From the human T2T-CHM13v2.0 reference genome, Homo sapiens: 64,000 nucleotides of DNA. Below are positions 1-20,735 of this stretch, piece after piece. Both the position numbers and the translations under genes were made by a program. How positions within the stretch are numbered: position 1 is the first letter of the stretch; each line of letters opens with the position of its first letter. Below the pieces are notes generated by a model. The model worked only from the letters and a program-made list of their open reading frames with translations. It was not told the DNA's origin and did no database searches. The stretch lies in NCBI RefSeq assembly GCF_009914755.1, contig NC_060941.1. One strand, 5' to 3'.

Positions 1-69
1 GAGTAATATTCATTTCAGTAAGGCTGTCGTTTCAGGCGAATGGAGAATATTATTTATTGTAGGCATTAA

Positions 70-390
<321 letters not shown>

Positions 391-1032
391 TAATATAGTT
401 TAAACATTCAACCTCTTTAAGAGCTTCCCCTCTCCTAGGGATGTGTAGGTATGAGATGGGGAGTGGGGAATCACAACGTTTTGGGTTTTTAAAAATGTGA
501 AAGTGTATGCACAAAGGCAGTAAATGTGTTTTTCAGAAGCAGTAATTACTGGAAAAGTACATCTAGGTTCATTGCTTTAGCGGCCTGAGTGAGATCGCAG
601 CACCCTGGCTGGCTTGTGTGGGCTTTGGCCTGTTTTCTGTTGCCTGGAGGTCTGTAGTGTTAGGCAAGTCTGAAAACTAGGTAACACTTTTGCCCTGTAT
701 CAGAGAAACAGACTGAGTTCTAGAAATCAGCTAACTTGTACTGAGAAGGTTTTATGTATCTTTAACAAATTCAGCCCACCGGGAGAGGAAAAGGAGAATT
801 TCAGACTAGAAATCAGGAATTTTGTATATTCCCAAGTGAAGATTTTTCTTGTAGGTTACAAGGAGGATGAGGCGCAAATATATTACAAATATTAAAACGG
901 ACAAACCAATCGTATCTGGAAAATGTAGAGTTGTCTGGAAAAATAATCTTGGAAACTTTACTTTTTGTACTATGCAACCTCTAATTTACAAATAACATCC
1001 AAATCATTCAAACGAACAGCGTCGCAGGGCTG

Positions 1033-1052
1033 CACACCGCCAGGGGGCGCCA
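1033..1052 (+). promoter_or_regulatory. CTCF motif
   Basis: caccgccagggggcgcca matches the CTCF core consensus CC(A/G)(C/G)(C/T)AG(G/A)(G/T)GGC(G/A)C, with CpGs retained in an otherwise CpG-poor region. Confidence 0.65.
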
Positions 1053-1264
1053 TTTACATGGGACCCAGTGGGAGTAGAGCAGTGTGATGGCCTGCAACTG
1101 ACCAACCTGCCTTTTACTGCCCTTTCATGCTCCCAGCCCCTGCTGCTCTCCTGGGTTAGAAATTGAAAGTTTATACCAAACTCATGGGTTTACAAGTGGA
1201 AACATCACACCCTTAGCATCGTCTTTCCTGAACACTCCATCTACAATAGCTTTTTCCTCATCTA

Positions 1265-1583
<319 letters not shown>

Positions 1584-1699
1584 TTAATATTCTCGCTATT
1601 TATATCCTCTATTATCTGCCTCTCCACGCCTGTTTATTCCTTCAGAGCATTTATCGCAATTTGTACTTATTTTGTTTAATTGTTTGTTGTCTATCGCCA

Positions 1700-1890
1700 T
1701 CATTATCTTTTCAACATGTAATCCACATGAGAAAATACTGATACAATCTTTTCACTTATTTTTTTCACACTAAGTCTTTGAAATCAGGTGTGTATTTTCC
1801 GTGGACACGCATCTCAGTTTCACTGGCCGCTCTGCAGTGCTCAAGGACCATGTGTGGCTTGTGGCTGCCATACTGGACAGTGCAGGTCTG
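1700..1890. mobile_element. hAT-Charlie DNA transposon fragment (MER33/MER3-like) within L2-like sequence
   Basis: atgtgtggcttgtggctgccatactggacagtgcag terminus and gaaatcaggtgtgtatttt resemble recalled MER33/MER3 consensus. Confidence 0.6.
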
Positions 1891-2204
1891 GTGCTTAAAC
1901 TTAGGGTCCACACATAGTAAATACTTGCTGAATGAATGGATAGGAAGAAGCTGAGGAAAACAGGAACTTTTTAAGGAACCCTGATCCTCTATGTCCTCCT
2001 GTAAAAGGTTTAAAATTTTTTCACTTGTATACTGCCTGAAATTTTACCAATTAGAGATTCTTTTGTATTTAATACATCCTCATTAAAAAATTTCTTAGTG
2101 ATACCCCTGAGAAGTTTGAAATCAGTCACATATATTTAGGAGTTATTGCCGTCAGACTGCTTTCCTCCCAATTCCCGGAGGAGTATGTATATTAGTTTTC
2201 GTTT

Positions 2205-2790
2205 CTTTTTTTCGTGTTTTTTTTTTTTTTTCCCTTGGAGTCTTGCTCTTGTTGCCCAGGCTGGAGTGCAGTTCTTTCAGCTCACTGCAACCTCTGCCTC
2301 CTGGTTTCAAGTGATTCTCCTGCCTCAGCCTCCCGAGTAGCTGGGATTACAGGTGCCCACCACCACGCCCGGCTAATTTTTGTATTTTTAGTAGAGACGA
2401 GGTTTCTCCATGTTGGCCAGGCTGGCCTTGAACTCCTGACCTAGTGATCCACCTGTCTTGGCCTCTCAAAGTGTTGGGATTACAGGCATGAGCCACTGCA
2501 CCCGGCCTCTTTTGTTTTTTACTCTGAGACATAGTCTTGCTCTGTCACCCAGGCTGGAGTGCAGTGTGCATGATCTCGACTCACTGCAACCTCCACCTCT
2601 CGGGTTCAAGCAATCCTCCCGCCTCAGCTTTCTTAGTAGCTGAGACTACAGACTAGCACCACCACACCTGGCTGGTCTTGTATTTTTAGTAGAGACAGGG
2701 TTTCACCATGTAGGCCAGGCTGGTCTCGAACTCCTGACCTCCGGTGATCCACCCGCCTCGGCCTCCCAAAGTGAGCCACCGCGCCTGGCA
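2205..2790 (-). mobile_element. Two tandem antisense AluS elements inserted in the end of an MLT1 LTR
   Basis: Two Alu bodies (about 2205-2507 and 2510-2790); gtatattagttttc is repeated on both sides as a TSD. Confidence 0.9.
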
Positions 2791-3200
2791 GTATATTAGT
2801 TTTCTATTGCTGTGTTACAAATGATCACAAACTCAGTGGCTTACAATAACACCCATTTATTAGCACACAAATTCTGTGGGTCAGAAGTCTAGGTGCAGCA
2901 TGGCTGGATTCTCTGCTCAGGGTCTCATAAAGCTGACATCAAGGCGTCAGTCAGGCTGCCTTTCTTTCTGGAGCTTGGAGTTGTCTTCAGGGTTCACATG
3001 GTTGTTGGCAGAATGCAGTTCCTTACTGCATCCATCAGTTAGAGGCTCGATCCCAGAGGCCACCTGCCGTGTCCTGCCATGTGGCCCTCTCCACAACATG
3101 GCAGTTTGCTCTTGCAAGGCTAGCAGGAGCTTCTACTGCAACTTCAGATCTCTCCGACTTGCTGTCTCTGACTTCTTGATTCTTTTCCAAAAGGGCTCAC
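2791..3200 (-). mobile_element. MaLR LTR (MLT1 family)
   Basis: tattagttttctattgctgtgttacaaatgatcacaaactcagtggcttacaataacacccatttatt... is the typical antisense MLT1 end; ORF 2876-3253 lies inside it. Confidence 0.8.
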
Positions 3201-3505
3201 CAATCAGTGGGAATCTTGGGGGCCATTCTGCCTCTCCTAGGGAGATTAGCTGAATTAGAGAAGTAGTTATTTCTTGAATCTGGAAAACAGGGCTATGGAA
3301 GTTCCAGGCTGGCATCATGAAAACATCCATTCACAGATACTTTATTGAACTCCTGCTCTGTGCCGGGTGCTAGGCCTGCAGCGGCTGACAGGGCAGGTAG
3401 ATCCCTGCCCTCCTGAAGCTCCTAGGCCAGAGGACACTGGAGAGGTTTTATTGCCATTTAAAAATAGATGATGGCCATAGTTGCACAAGTCTGTAAGTGT
3501 ATTAA

Positions 3506-3866
<361 letters not shown>

Positions 3867-4948
3867 AAAGCTGTTTTTTTAGAAATAGAAGTGCTTACAG
3901 ATTTGTTTGAGCAGAATAGATACCCATGTTCAGAGAGAGAGAGAGAGAGCCATTGAGAGGCAGAGAGTGCCGAATGTGAATTCTGTGTAAATTGAAAAGT
4001 TACGGTCCCCGTCCATAAGGAGATGGCTCTGGTTGTCTTGAATTTAGACAGCTTTCCAGAGGAGGAGGTTCTCTCCTGCAGCAGTGTGGGAAAAAAATCT
4101 ACCAGATTTGGACCAGAATGACTGCAATTTAGGTCAGAACATGATACTTAGAGGGAAAAAAGTAATCATGGCTTGAATAGCTGCCCTAAGGCCAGCTACA
4201 GGGCTGCAGGGGTCTGTGGAACCTTTCTTGTCAGAACTCAGGATCCTTAGGAGTCCCCACAAGGGCATGGAGGCTGTGGCCATCATGAGTGGAAGAACCA
4301 GCTTCCAAAGGAACCTAGGATTGTTCTGGCCCTGGCTCCAGGTGCATATCTCTGCTTTCCGTGAGCATTGAATGGGAAATCACGTGTTAGCAGAATAAAT
4401 CCCAGAATACACATTCAGGAGGAGATGGTTCCACATGGCACGTAAGTCCTTTGCCTTATTGATGTTTGTCTGGCAGATGTCCTTAAGCCTTCCCATCAAG
4501 GGCTTTATTCTAAGGGTGGCTAACTGGCTATTTAAACCTCATCTCAATAGTGTCTGTCTAGGATGGCAAAATCACACCAGGTTCTGCTGGGCAAATCTCC
4601 CAGGTGGCGTATTGCTAGAGGAGAGCGCCACTGCAGAGGACACACTGTCTTGGCCACTGGCTTTGCAAACCATAGTGGAGGAGGGAGTCTGGGGTCACCA
4701 ACCACTTCCTGGCTGACTGCCTGAGCCACATTATACAAGACTGTTTGTTGACTTAGTAATACTGAAGCCAGAGCTCACCAAGATTCTGACATCAAGCATG
4801 AAAGTGACTAATTCTTTCATTTCCCAGCACTTTGACAAAGGGGACTCTCTTAAAACTCCTCATCGGACGTTAGTGGAAGTCGACTCATGTATCTAAACAT
4901 GTAGCCAGCGTAAGTTCTTGGTCAGATTGATCTAATGACTTTTTTAGC

Positions 4949-4974
4949 GTGTGTGTGTGTGTGTGTGTGTGTGT
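4949..4974. repeat. (GT)n microsatellite
   Basis: Perfect run of about 13 GT units. Confidence 0.95.
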
Positions 4975-5357
4975 TTAATCTTTTTAAGTTTGGGTGAAGT
5001 TTGACCTTCTAGAATTCCTGTTTATTCCTGAGCAAAGAAAAAAAAATCAACCCTTTTTAATTCCTTTAGCATCATATCTGACCATCTTTAGGGTGTTGTT
5101 TCTTTCCTAGACTGAATCACTCAGAGAAATAAGATTGGCCAACAAATGTAATTTGATGATACCCTATAATAATGTTGTTTAAGTACCTAATCTAAGCCGC
5201 TAATCTCCAAAGACTGTTCCCCCGCCCCATGTCATCTTACACACACACACAGGCACAAAAACACACACATTCTGTTCTGATTATATTTGCTGTATTAAGG
5301 CCAAATCCAGGTGTTTCTGAGCACTAGTTTGTGTGTTTTTATGTTGAAAATAACTAG

Positions 5358-5684
<327 letters not shown>

Positions 5685-6302
5685 TAGAGATTAAATAACC
5701 CTTCAGGATTATCAAAGGAAATAATTAGGGAAAGGTAGATGTTCTGTCCCAGTAAGAGAAGAAAGTGGTCCAGAAATTTTATCTCCCATCAAATGATCCA
5801 TTTTACTTAAGTATTAAACCAAGTGACATTCTTCAGTTTAACTCTGATAAATGAATCATATTCCTCTTCGAAAATAACTTTTGTATTTCGTGCTCTAAAA
5901 AGAGAACCACCCCTACACTCTTGGAAATTATTCCTTTTAATGGCAGTAAAAACCTTTGGCTTTCATAGGCATCATCAGCAGAGATGTTAGTTCATGAGCA
6001 CCTGTGAGTTTCTCAAAATTAGTATCTGAAAATGATGGGAACACACAAGCGATACCATCATGTCTTTGGCACATTTAGTTGAAAACTTAAAATTCTTCCG
6101 GTGGAGGTAAGCAAATTGGAAGGTATTAAAAATGATCAGAGTGTACTATTCAGAGTTATAGATTTACCCTTCCATCCAAGATGGCTGCGCCTTGGAAACC
6201 CCCAGCTCACTTTTACTAGCAGTGCCTCCAGATCCAGTTTCTAAATCACACAGGGAGATTAACATTATTCTTTTATAGTCACACTGCATGTGGACTAAAA
6301 TA

Positions 6303-6435
<133 letters not shown>

Positions 6436-6725
6436 TAAATATTTTAAAATTTAACACGATTATTATTTTGAAATTGGAACTCTAAAAGACTTTTCAAAAT
6501 TCAAAATGATCAGGAATGTTAAAAACAATGAAAAAAAGCACCCCTAAACCTGCCCTAGATTCCCCAGGGGAGAGTCAAAGATGTTTTGCTTTGTATCAGC
6601 ACTATTGAAATAAACATATTGTCACCTAAAAGGAACTATTTGAAGAGGACTGCACTTCACTGGATGTGTATATCCTGGTGAGTTTTTTATTAATGTTTAT
6701 TGTTTTTTAAAAAATGTGTTAAAAT

Positions 6726-7032
6726 GGCTGGGTGCAGTGGCTTACACCTGTAATCCTAGCACTTCGGGAGGCCAAGGCAGGCGGATTACTTGAGGTCAGG
6801 AGTTGGAAACCATGGTCAGGAGTTGGCCAACATGGTGAAACCCCATCTCTACTAAAAATACAGAAAAGTTAGCCGGGCATGGTGGTGCACGCCTGTGACC
6901 CCAGCTACTCAGGAGGCTGAGGCAGGAGAATCGCTTGAACCTGGGAGGCAGAGGTTGTGGTGAGTCAAGATCGCACCACTGCACTCCAGCCTGGGCTACA
7001 GAGCAAGACTCCACCTCAAAAAAAAAAAAAAA
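6726..7032 (+). mobile_element. AluS with small internal duplication, inserted in an antisense L1M 3' fragment (to ~7290)
   Basis: TSD aaaaatgtgttaaaa; ggtcaggagttgg appears twice; downstream ccaccatcctactttctgtctctgtgaatttgactactctagg is an L1M 3' UTR signature. Confidence 0.9.
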
Positions 7033-7826
7033 GCAGAAAAATGTGTTAAAAATATACACATAACATTTGCCATCTTAAAACTTTTCGAGTGTACAGTTTC
7101 AGTAGAATTGGGTACACTTACATTGTTGTCCAGCCATCACCACCGCCCATCTTCAGAACAGTTTTCATCTTGCAGAATTGAAACTCTGTATCCATTTAAC
7201 CCTAAATCCCTATTTCTCCCTACCCCAAAGCCCCTGGCAACCACCATCCTACTTTCTGTCTCTGTGAATTTGACTACTCTAGGTATCTGATCAGGTTTTT
7301 TTTTTTAATTGGTTATTACTTATCATTAAACTCATTCATCGTTTCTTGAAATAAACCCAATAAACTTTAATGGAAGCTCATAAGAATTTTTTTCTGAATT
7401 CTGCCCTCTGTCAAAGGAAGAAAATGACAACATGGACGCATATCTGTATTTGGGTGGCATTAATGACTCAGTGACCTTCACTTTTGCAGCCAGCGAAATA
7501 CTTGGCAATTTTAATTTAGAAATATTACTGTATCATCATTTAACAGAAATACTTACTAAAGCAGAAATATACTGACTTTAGAAGCATTTCAAAGAAGCAG
7601 GGTTGGCACTGACCAGTGTTCTCTTAAGGTAGAAGACAGAATATTTGACTAAAGACAGTGCTGTAGCAGGTAGAAATAGACATTATTTAGACCCCTTTTC
7701 TGAGTAAGGAAGACCAGTTAAAATGTTAGCTTATTTTTTGGGATTTTAGAAATGTTTAACTCAAGAGAAAAATATAACTTAAGTCAGTGTAATGGCGTAT
7801 GAATAAGTTAACCGTGTAACATTTTC

Positions 7827-8918
7827 TTTTTTCTTCTGCCTCAGCCTCGCGAGTAGCTGAAACTGAACAGGCACCCGCCACCACACCCGCCTAATTTTTG
7901 TATTTTTCACAGAGATGGGGCCTCACCACATTGACCAGGCTGTTCTCAAACTCCTGACCTCATGATCCACCCATCTCAGCTTCCCAAAGTGCTGAGATTA
8001 CAAGCGTGAGCCACCATGCCCGACCCATCTTATTTTTTAAAGAGGGAGTTTAGTACTGATTCTTAGATCAAAAGCAGCCAAATCCCCAGTATCACAGAAG
8101 AGATGAGGGTCTGGTTATGTGGCCCAGGCTGGTCTCAAACTCCTAGGCTCAAGTGATCCTCCCGCCTTAACCTCCTAAAGTGCTGGGATTACAGGCATGA
8201 GCCACCAAGCCTGGCCTTCTTTAACCTTTGTGTTGTAAATGTGTAATGTTTTGGTAACAGTAAGGGTTAAATAAACACCTTTTCTCCCTAGTAGGAAAAT
8301 GCTTCTCAGATTGGATTGAAACTCTGAAGACCAACATTTTTCTAGATACTTTCTTGGATAGTGTTCATGACAAACTGCTACTTGAAAGTGGCAGGACCAT
8401 TGTACTATAAAATCTAGTAAAGCCCAGGTCATTGGCTATAGGGAGTTGAAAGCTCTATTTGTAGACATCACTAGGAGAACTGACAAGAATGAAAATGTTA
8501 CACAGTTAAGGCCGGGCACGGTGGCTCACGCCTGTAATCCCAGCACTTTGGGAGGCCGAGGCGGGTGGATCATGAGGTCAGGAGATCGAGACCATCCTGG
8601 CTAAACCCCGTCTCGACTAAAAATACAAAATATTAGCCAGGCGTGGTGGCGGGCGCCTGTAGTCCCAGCTACTTGGGGAGGCTGAGATAGAAGAATGGTG
8701 TGAACCCGGGAGGCGGAGCTTGCAGTGAGCCGAGATTGTGCCACTGCACTCTAGCCTGGGCAACAGAGTGAGACCCCGTCTCGAGGAAAAAAAAAAAAGG
8801 TTGCCAGGAGCAGTGGCTCATACCTATAATCTCAACACTTTGGGAGGATGAGGTAGGAGGATCACTGAGCCTAGAAGTTCAAGAACAGCCTGGCCAACAT
8901 AGTGAGACCCCATATCTA
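7827..8918. mobile_element. Rearranged Alu cluster: partial Alu (-, 7833-8024), FLAM (-, 8101-8216), AluY-like (+, 8510-8782), FLAM (+, 8803-8918)
   Basis: Alu bodies read directly; their TSDs are displaced and inverted (see findings). Confidence 0.9.
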
Positions 8919-9051
8919 TTTATGTATATATTTTAAAAGTTATAGAAAACAACGCTCTTATTAAACTGGTAATTAGCAACTAAAGTAGAAAAACATCACT
9001 GGATAGATGGCTGAGAAAAGGGATCTGTAATCACCTGCTTATCTGGACAGG

Positions 9052-9385
<334 letters not shown>

Positions 9386-10239
9386 TGAGCTGAGGAGCAT
9401 GTCTTCTGAAATGTGTAAATTTCCTATAGTTAGTTCCCTGGTGGCGTGGCCCTCCATCAAGAACATTTTGCTGAGTTTTCCCTGACTTAAAATAATAACA
9501 GTGATGCTGGTGCTGATGAAAAGACTGATGTGGCCCTTACATCCCACATGAATCATCATTCGGGATTATTGTAGCCTCCATAAAAGTGACGCAGTGGATG
9601 AAAGTGGTTTTTCTCAATACTTAAAAACACTGTGAAAATGAGATAGGTTTAAAGATATAAATGTGATTTTTTAAATCCTGCCCCCCCACCCAAGTGCCAG
9701 GAGTTTGGTAACTAGAATTGCATTTAGTCATCGGGGTACAGATTGTACTGTGCGGGCTGGAGACTCAAACCCTGGGCTATTGAAGGCCATGACAAATGCT
9801 CATTTTTTAATATTATGTTTTTGCTGCTCATGAAGAAGCATCATGTTCAAAATGAAAAATCTTTAGATTCAGGACTTAATAGTTCACCTCTTTTGGATTG
9901 CGTTTGACGGAAACTTGGACACAGCTGAGTGTAATTATGCTTTTCAGCAGCATGACTTATAGTACTGCAGATATGGGCATACTTTGAGATTTTTCTTTTT
10001 GCCAAAATTTGTCTGAAAAGGAGCTTGGTGGTGGTTGTGTGTGCTTGTGTGTTTTTAAGGTAATTAGGCTATTAGAGGTCCAAATGGAATAATCCCCTTA
10101 AGCCTTTTCAGGAAAAACACTTTGGAAAGGTTAAGTAAATTTAAAATTAGCCATTATTTACGTAGGTGCTCAGCCTTTTGACCATGTTCTCTAGGAGTTG
10201 TTTCTTTTACATTTAGGTTATGTTTGTCAGAAACCATCT

Positions 10240-11168
<929 letters not shown>

Positions 11169-11699
11169 GTGACCATCTTATTTTTTTAAAGAGAGAGTTC
11201 AGTACTGGTTCTGAGATCAAAAGCAGCCAGATCCCTGGTATCACAGAAGCTTCATCACGGATTCATCTATTTTTCATCTCCAGAATGGCCACCTCAGTGC
11301 TGTCCTGGCCAAAAATCTGTTCTCTAGACCTGGAGAAGGAACTGCCCTGAGGGTCTTCCACACCTCTCTTTTTGAGAAAAGTTAAGAACAAAGTAAAAAG
11401 ATGCAGTGGAGAAATGACGTCGGGGGTTAATGGATTGGGATTTTAGGGCTGGAGTCCAGGCTTATGTTGCTCTCTGCTGAGCTCAGGATCTGCACTGAAC
11501 ATCTCTCTAAATCATGGGCTGGGGTAAAACCTGCTTACACTGGCTCAGACCGGAGGACTTTGCAGCCACCTCAAGACACACGTTTGGGTGTGTCCCATCT
11601 CCAATCAGGATGTTCAACTTGCTTTCTTGGATCTTTTTGAATTGCGAATTTGGCCATAGCTGACCACTTGTTTTTGCATCAATACTTCAAAGGGTTCAA

Positions 11700-12003
<304 letters not shown>

Positions 12004-12119
12004 TCAAATTTTAAGTCCTGGTAATTTATCCCCTCCCATAGCAAGTATTGGCGCAAAAGTAATTGTGGTTTCAGACCATGAATTTTAAATCATTGTAACT
12101 AGGCCCAAATACATCTTTA

Positions 12120-13451
<1,332 letters not shown>

Positions 13452-14799
13452 AGTCTAAAATAAAATAAACAGCAAGTAATAAGTCATTAGCAAAAAAAGT
13501 GAAAGAATGTGCATTAAAATGATGTATAACATAACCACATTTATTTAAGAATGTATTCCAATATCAAATGGCAAATTCCAACAGTGCAAAAACTTACCCC
13601 TGAAAACAGGCATAGTCACTTTCAAACTTGATTTTTCTTTCATTTTACTCTACCTTTTCATTTGATGAAACACCTTTGCATTTTATCTCCCTGAGCCAAA
13701 GTACCTGTAAGTTGCCCGGAGTTGGGGTTGGTGCAATACTGTGGAAGAGTGTGGACACGGAAGACCTAGTCAGTCCTTGCTGTGTGATATCAATGATTTG
13801 ATTGAGAAAGACTCATTTTCCTGGGCCTCACCTGTCAATTTTCTCAACTGTCAAATGCCCTCTTTTGGCCTGTATTAGGGGCTGATCTCATGCAATACGG
13901 AGCCTACTCTGCAAATACAAGGGGTCATGGTCATTGTCCATTTGTGGGGAGTGTGAAAACACCTGGTGATCATGATGGGCTAGGTACTGTTTCACACTTT
14001 AAAATGCCTTTATTTTAGGGGGACCCTCTAGTGCCATAGGTATTTTGGAGTCTCTGCTTTCCAAATGGCCTATGGGAAATCCTGAGATGTCCGTGGGATC
14101 TAACTTTGCCCAGTGGGAATGTTGTGTCATAATCATAAAGGCTTAAGGATTAGTTTATTTCCAGCCCTGCAGGGGCTATAAATTGCTACTTTAAATTTCA
14201 TTCCAGCACCCTGATGTTTATGTTGCTATGGTGGTGTGTCTCTTGCTCGGGTGACAAGATTGCCATTGGAAATAGGCCAAAATAACAGCCTAACAGGTGG
14301 CTGTGCTTTGGGAAGTCATTTGCAAAACTATTTTGCGAAGAAGTCTGGTGCAAATAAGTCACATGACTGTGCCCTTAACTGTAGTTTATAGTTTAGCATT
14401 TTTTTAAAACGCATTCCTCCCCCTTTCCGTTTTATATATAGACTTTTTTCCTCTTTCAAGTAGTGCCGTGCTGATTTCCTGTAGTAACACAAGGAAAGAT
14501 TTCAGCTCATTTTATTTAGCAGTGGATGTCCTTTCCTTATTTTTTGTAACCAGAGCCCTCTTTCTAAAAATAACCCTTCTTTTCCTAATGTGATTCTTCT
14601 TATAGCTGATGTACTCTATTTAAATGAAAGGCCTCTTTTTAACATGCCCATTTTAATCGATATATATTTATTACATATAACTATATATAATAAAATACAT
14701 ATATAAATATATAATAAAAGTAGATTTCCCTGTAGGGTCTAATCCTTCGTGAATGTGGTAGCAGAAATTGTTCGTTACGCTTTCACCTGCCAATTATGA

Positions 14800-15760
<961 letters not shown>

Positions 15761-15912
15761 TCTAGATTGTTCTCCTTTGATCTTCTCTTCCACTGGCTTG
15801 CTACTCTCAATTCCTTCAGATTGAATTTATGAAATGCTTTTGTCTCCCTCACCATTCCTGTGGTTCCTCTTTCTTATTGCCCTTTAGAAAATATTGAACG
15901 CAATGCGTTACA

Positions 15913-16255
15913 GCAGAGGTCAACTAACTTTTTCTGCAAACCGCCAGATAGCAATATTTTAGACTTGCAAGCCGTAAGGTCTCTGTTGCAACTACTCAAC
16001 TCTGACCTCGTAACATGAAAGCAGGCATAGGGCAACATGTAAATGAATAGGCGTGGCTGTGTTCCAGTAACATTTTATTTGTGGACACTGAAATTTGAAT
16101 TTCATAAAATTTTCACATGCCACGAAATATTATGTGCCTTTTGCTTTTTCTTTTCCAACCATTTAAAAATGCAAAACCCATTTGTAGTTGGAGAGGCGTA
16201 CAAAAACAGGCTATGGGCTGCATTTGGCCCATGGGCCGTTATTTACTGATCTTAG
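15913..16255. mobile_element. MER58B-like hAT DNA transposon
   Basis: ggtctctgttgcaactactcaactctg and ggcgtggctgtgttccagtaacattttattt...tttggcccatgggccgt resemble MER58 consensus. Confidence 0.8.
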
Positions 16256-16498
16256 ATATTGGAGGACCAGTGCTGAAACCACTGGAACTTCAGCTTTAAC
16301 ACTAGCACTGTCATTTTCAGAAGCCGCATCAAACTGCTGGCTGCTTCTGACAAGGTGGTCAGTTACACTTGGTCTTCTCCACCCCCCATCCCCCGCCCCT
16401 CCGCCATTTCCTGACAAAGCTGTCTCTCTAACCTGTGGGTATGTGTTCTGCCGAAAACAAGCAGCCATACCACAGCAGCCGTAACCATAGGACTTTGA

Positions 16499-17998
<1,500 letters not shown>

Positions 17999-18852
17999 TT
18001 AATTCATTGTCAAGTTATTTGTACCTATATACTAAATATCCTAAAATGGGGATATGTTCCTCAATTATTTACTGGAATGGTAACATTTCTGGAGCATATA
18101 TCTTCAAAACTGTAATGTAAATTAAGAATATGAACATTCTCAGTGGAAAATGACTGTTCAAGTTAACATTATTTGCATTTGCCATTCTTTTGTAAAGCCA
18201 GAAACGTAGATACAATTTTAGATTACCTTCAAGCTATTATAAATCTTGAGGGAAACCTTGATTGTTTTTTAGAAAAATATGTCTATCTAGACTGTGTCTT
18301 GCAAACAGGCACTTTAAGATGTCATTATATGAATATTCAGAAACTCAGATGTAATAGAACCTAGATGAGAATGTGTGATAATCTAAAGATATCATTTAAG
18401 TCAGGGCTTTAAAAATACATGACTTCAAGTGAAAAACTGAGCCTTGTAAAGAAGTTCTTTACAATTCACCAAGCATGCTCTAAACCTGCATCCATCCTGA
18501 GTTCTTTAAAAGCAGACTTATAAAAGGGAGATGAAAGATATTTTCAAAATATATTTTTGAAGCACAAAGTAAAACATATTTAATATTTTAATTGTTTGAA
18601 ATGAGTTGCTTAAACTAGTAGCTGCTGCTGGGAATGACAAAAGCTTGGCTAAGATTATTCTATGGGGAAGCTGGTTTATGGCTTTCTGGAGCTGGTGGCC
18701 AGGCATGGTGTAGATTATGGGTTGCTTGTAGGATTATGTTTGTTATTGCCTCTTTTTTTAACTCCCTATAGGAGCTTTTATAGTGCTTTGCACATGGTGG
18801 TTGCTTCGTTGAGGATGACTACCAGTTTATGGTCATTTAAATTCAGATTTAG

Positions 18853-19855
<1,003 letters not shown>

Positions 19856-20501
19856 TAGATGATTTAGTCTTCAATAACTTGCTATTTTTTCCTAGTAACT
19901 TTTCAAAGAGATATCATTCACATGCCACAAAATTCATTCTTTTAAACAAATGTACAGATCCCTAGTTTTTAGTATATTCTTAAGGTTATGCACCCATCAC
20001 CACTATTCAATTCTAGAATATTTTCTTTTCCCTTTTTGGAGAATGGGTCTTGCTATGTTGCCGGGCTGGAGTACAGTGGCTTTTCACAGGCGCGATCATC
20101 ACGCACTACAGCCTTGAACTCCTGGGCTCAAACATTTCTCCTGCCTCAGCCTCCTGAGTAGCTGGATTTCAGGTGTGTGTCACCTTGCTTGGCCAATTCT
20201 AGAATATTTTCACTACTCCCAAAAGAAACCTCATATCCATTGGCGGTCACTCCCCATTTCCCTGTTTCCCCAACCACTGGCAGCTACTAATCTATACTTT
20301 CTGTCCTTATGGATTTGCCTATTCTGGACATTTCATGTAAATGGAATCACACAATGTATGGCCTTCATGTTTGGCTTCTTTTGCTTAGCATAATGTTTAA
20401 TGAAAGGTGTGTGTTGCAGCATGAAGCAGTAAGTACTTCATTCCTTTTCATGGCTTAATTATGTATATATTATATATAGTTTTTTTTTTTTTTTGAGATA
20501 A

Positions 20502-20735
<234 letters not shown>

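Noticed and set aside
2876-3253. 125-aa ORF
   Set aside because: Lies within an MLT1 LTR and starts at GTG.
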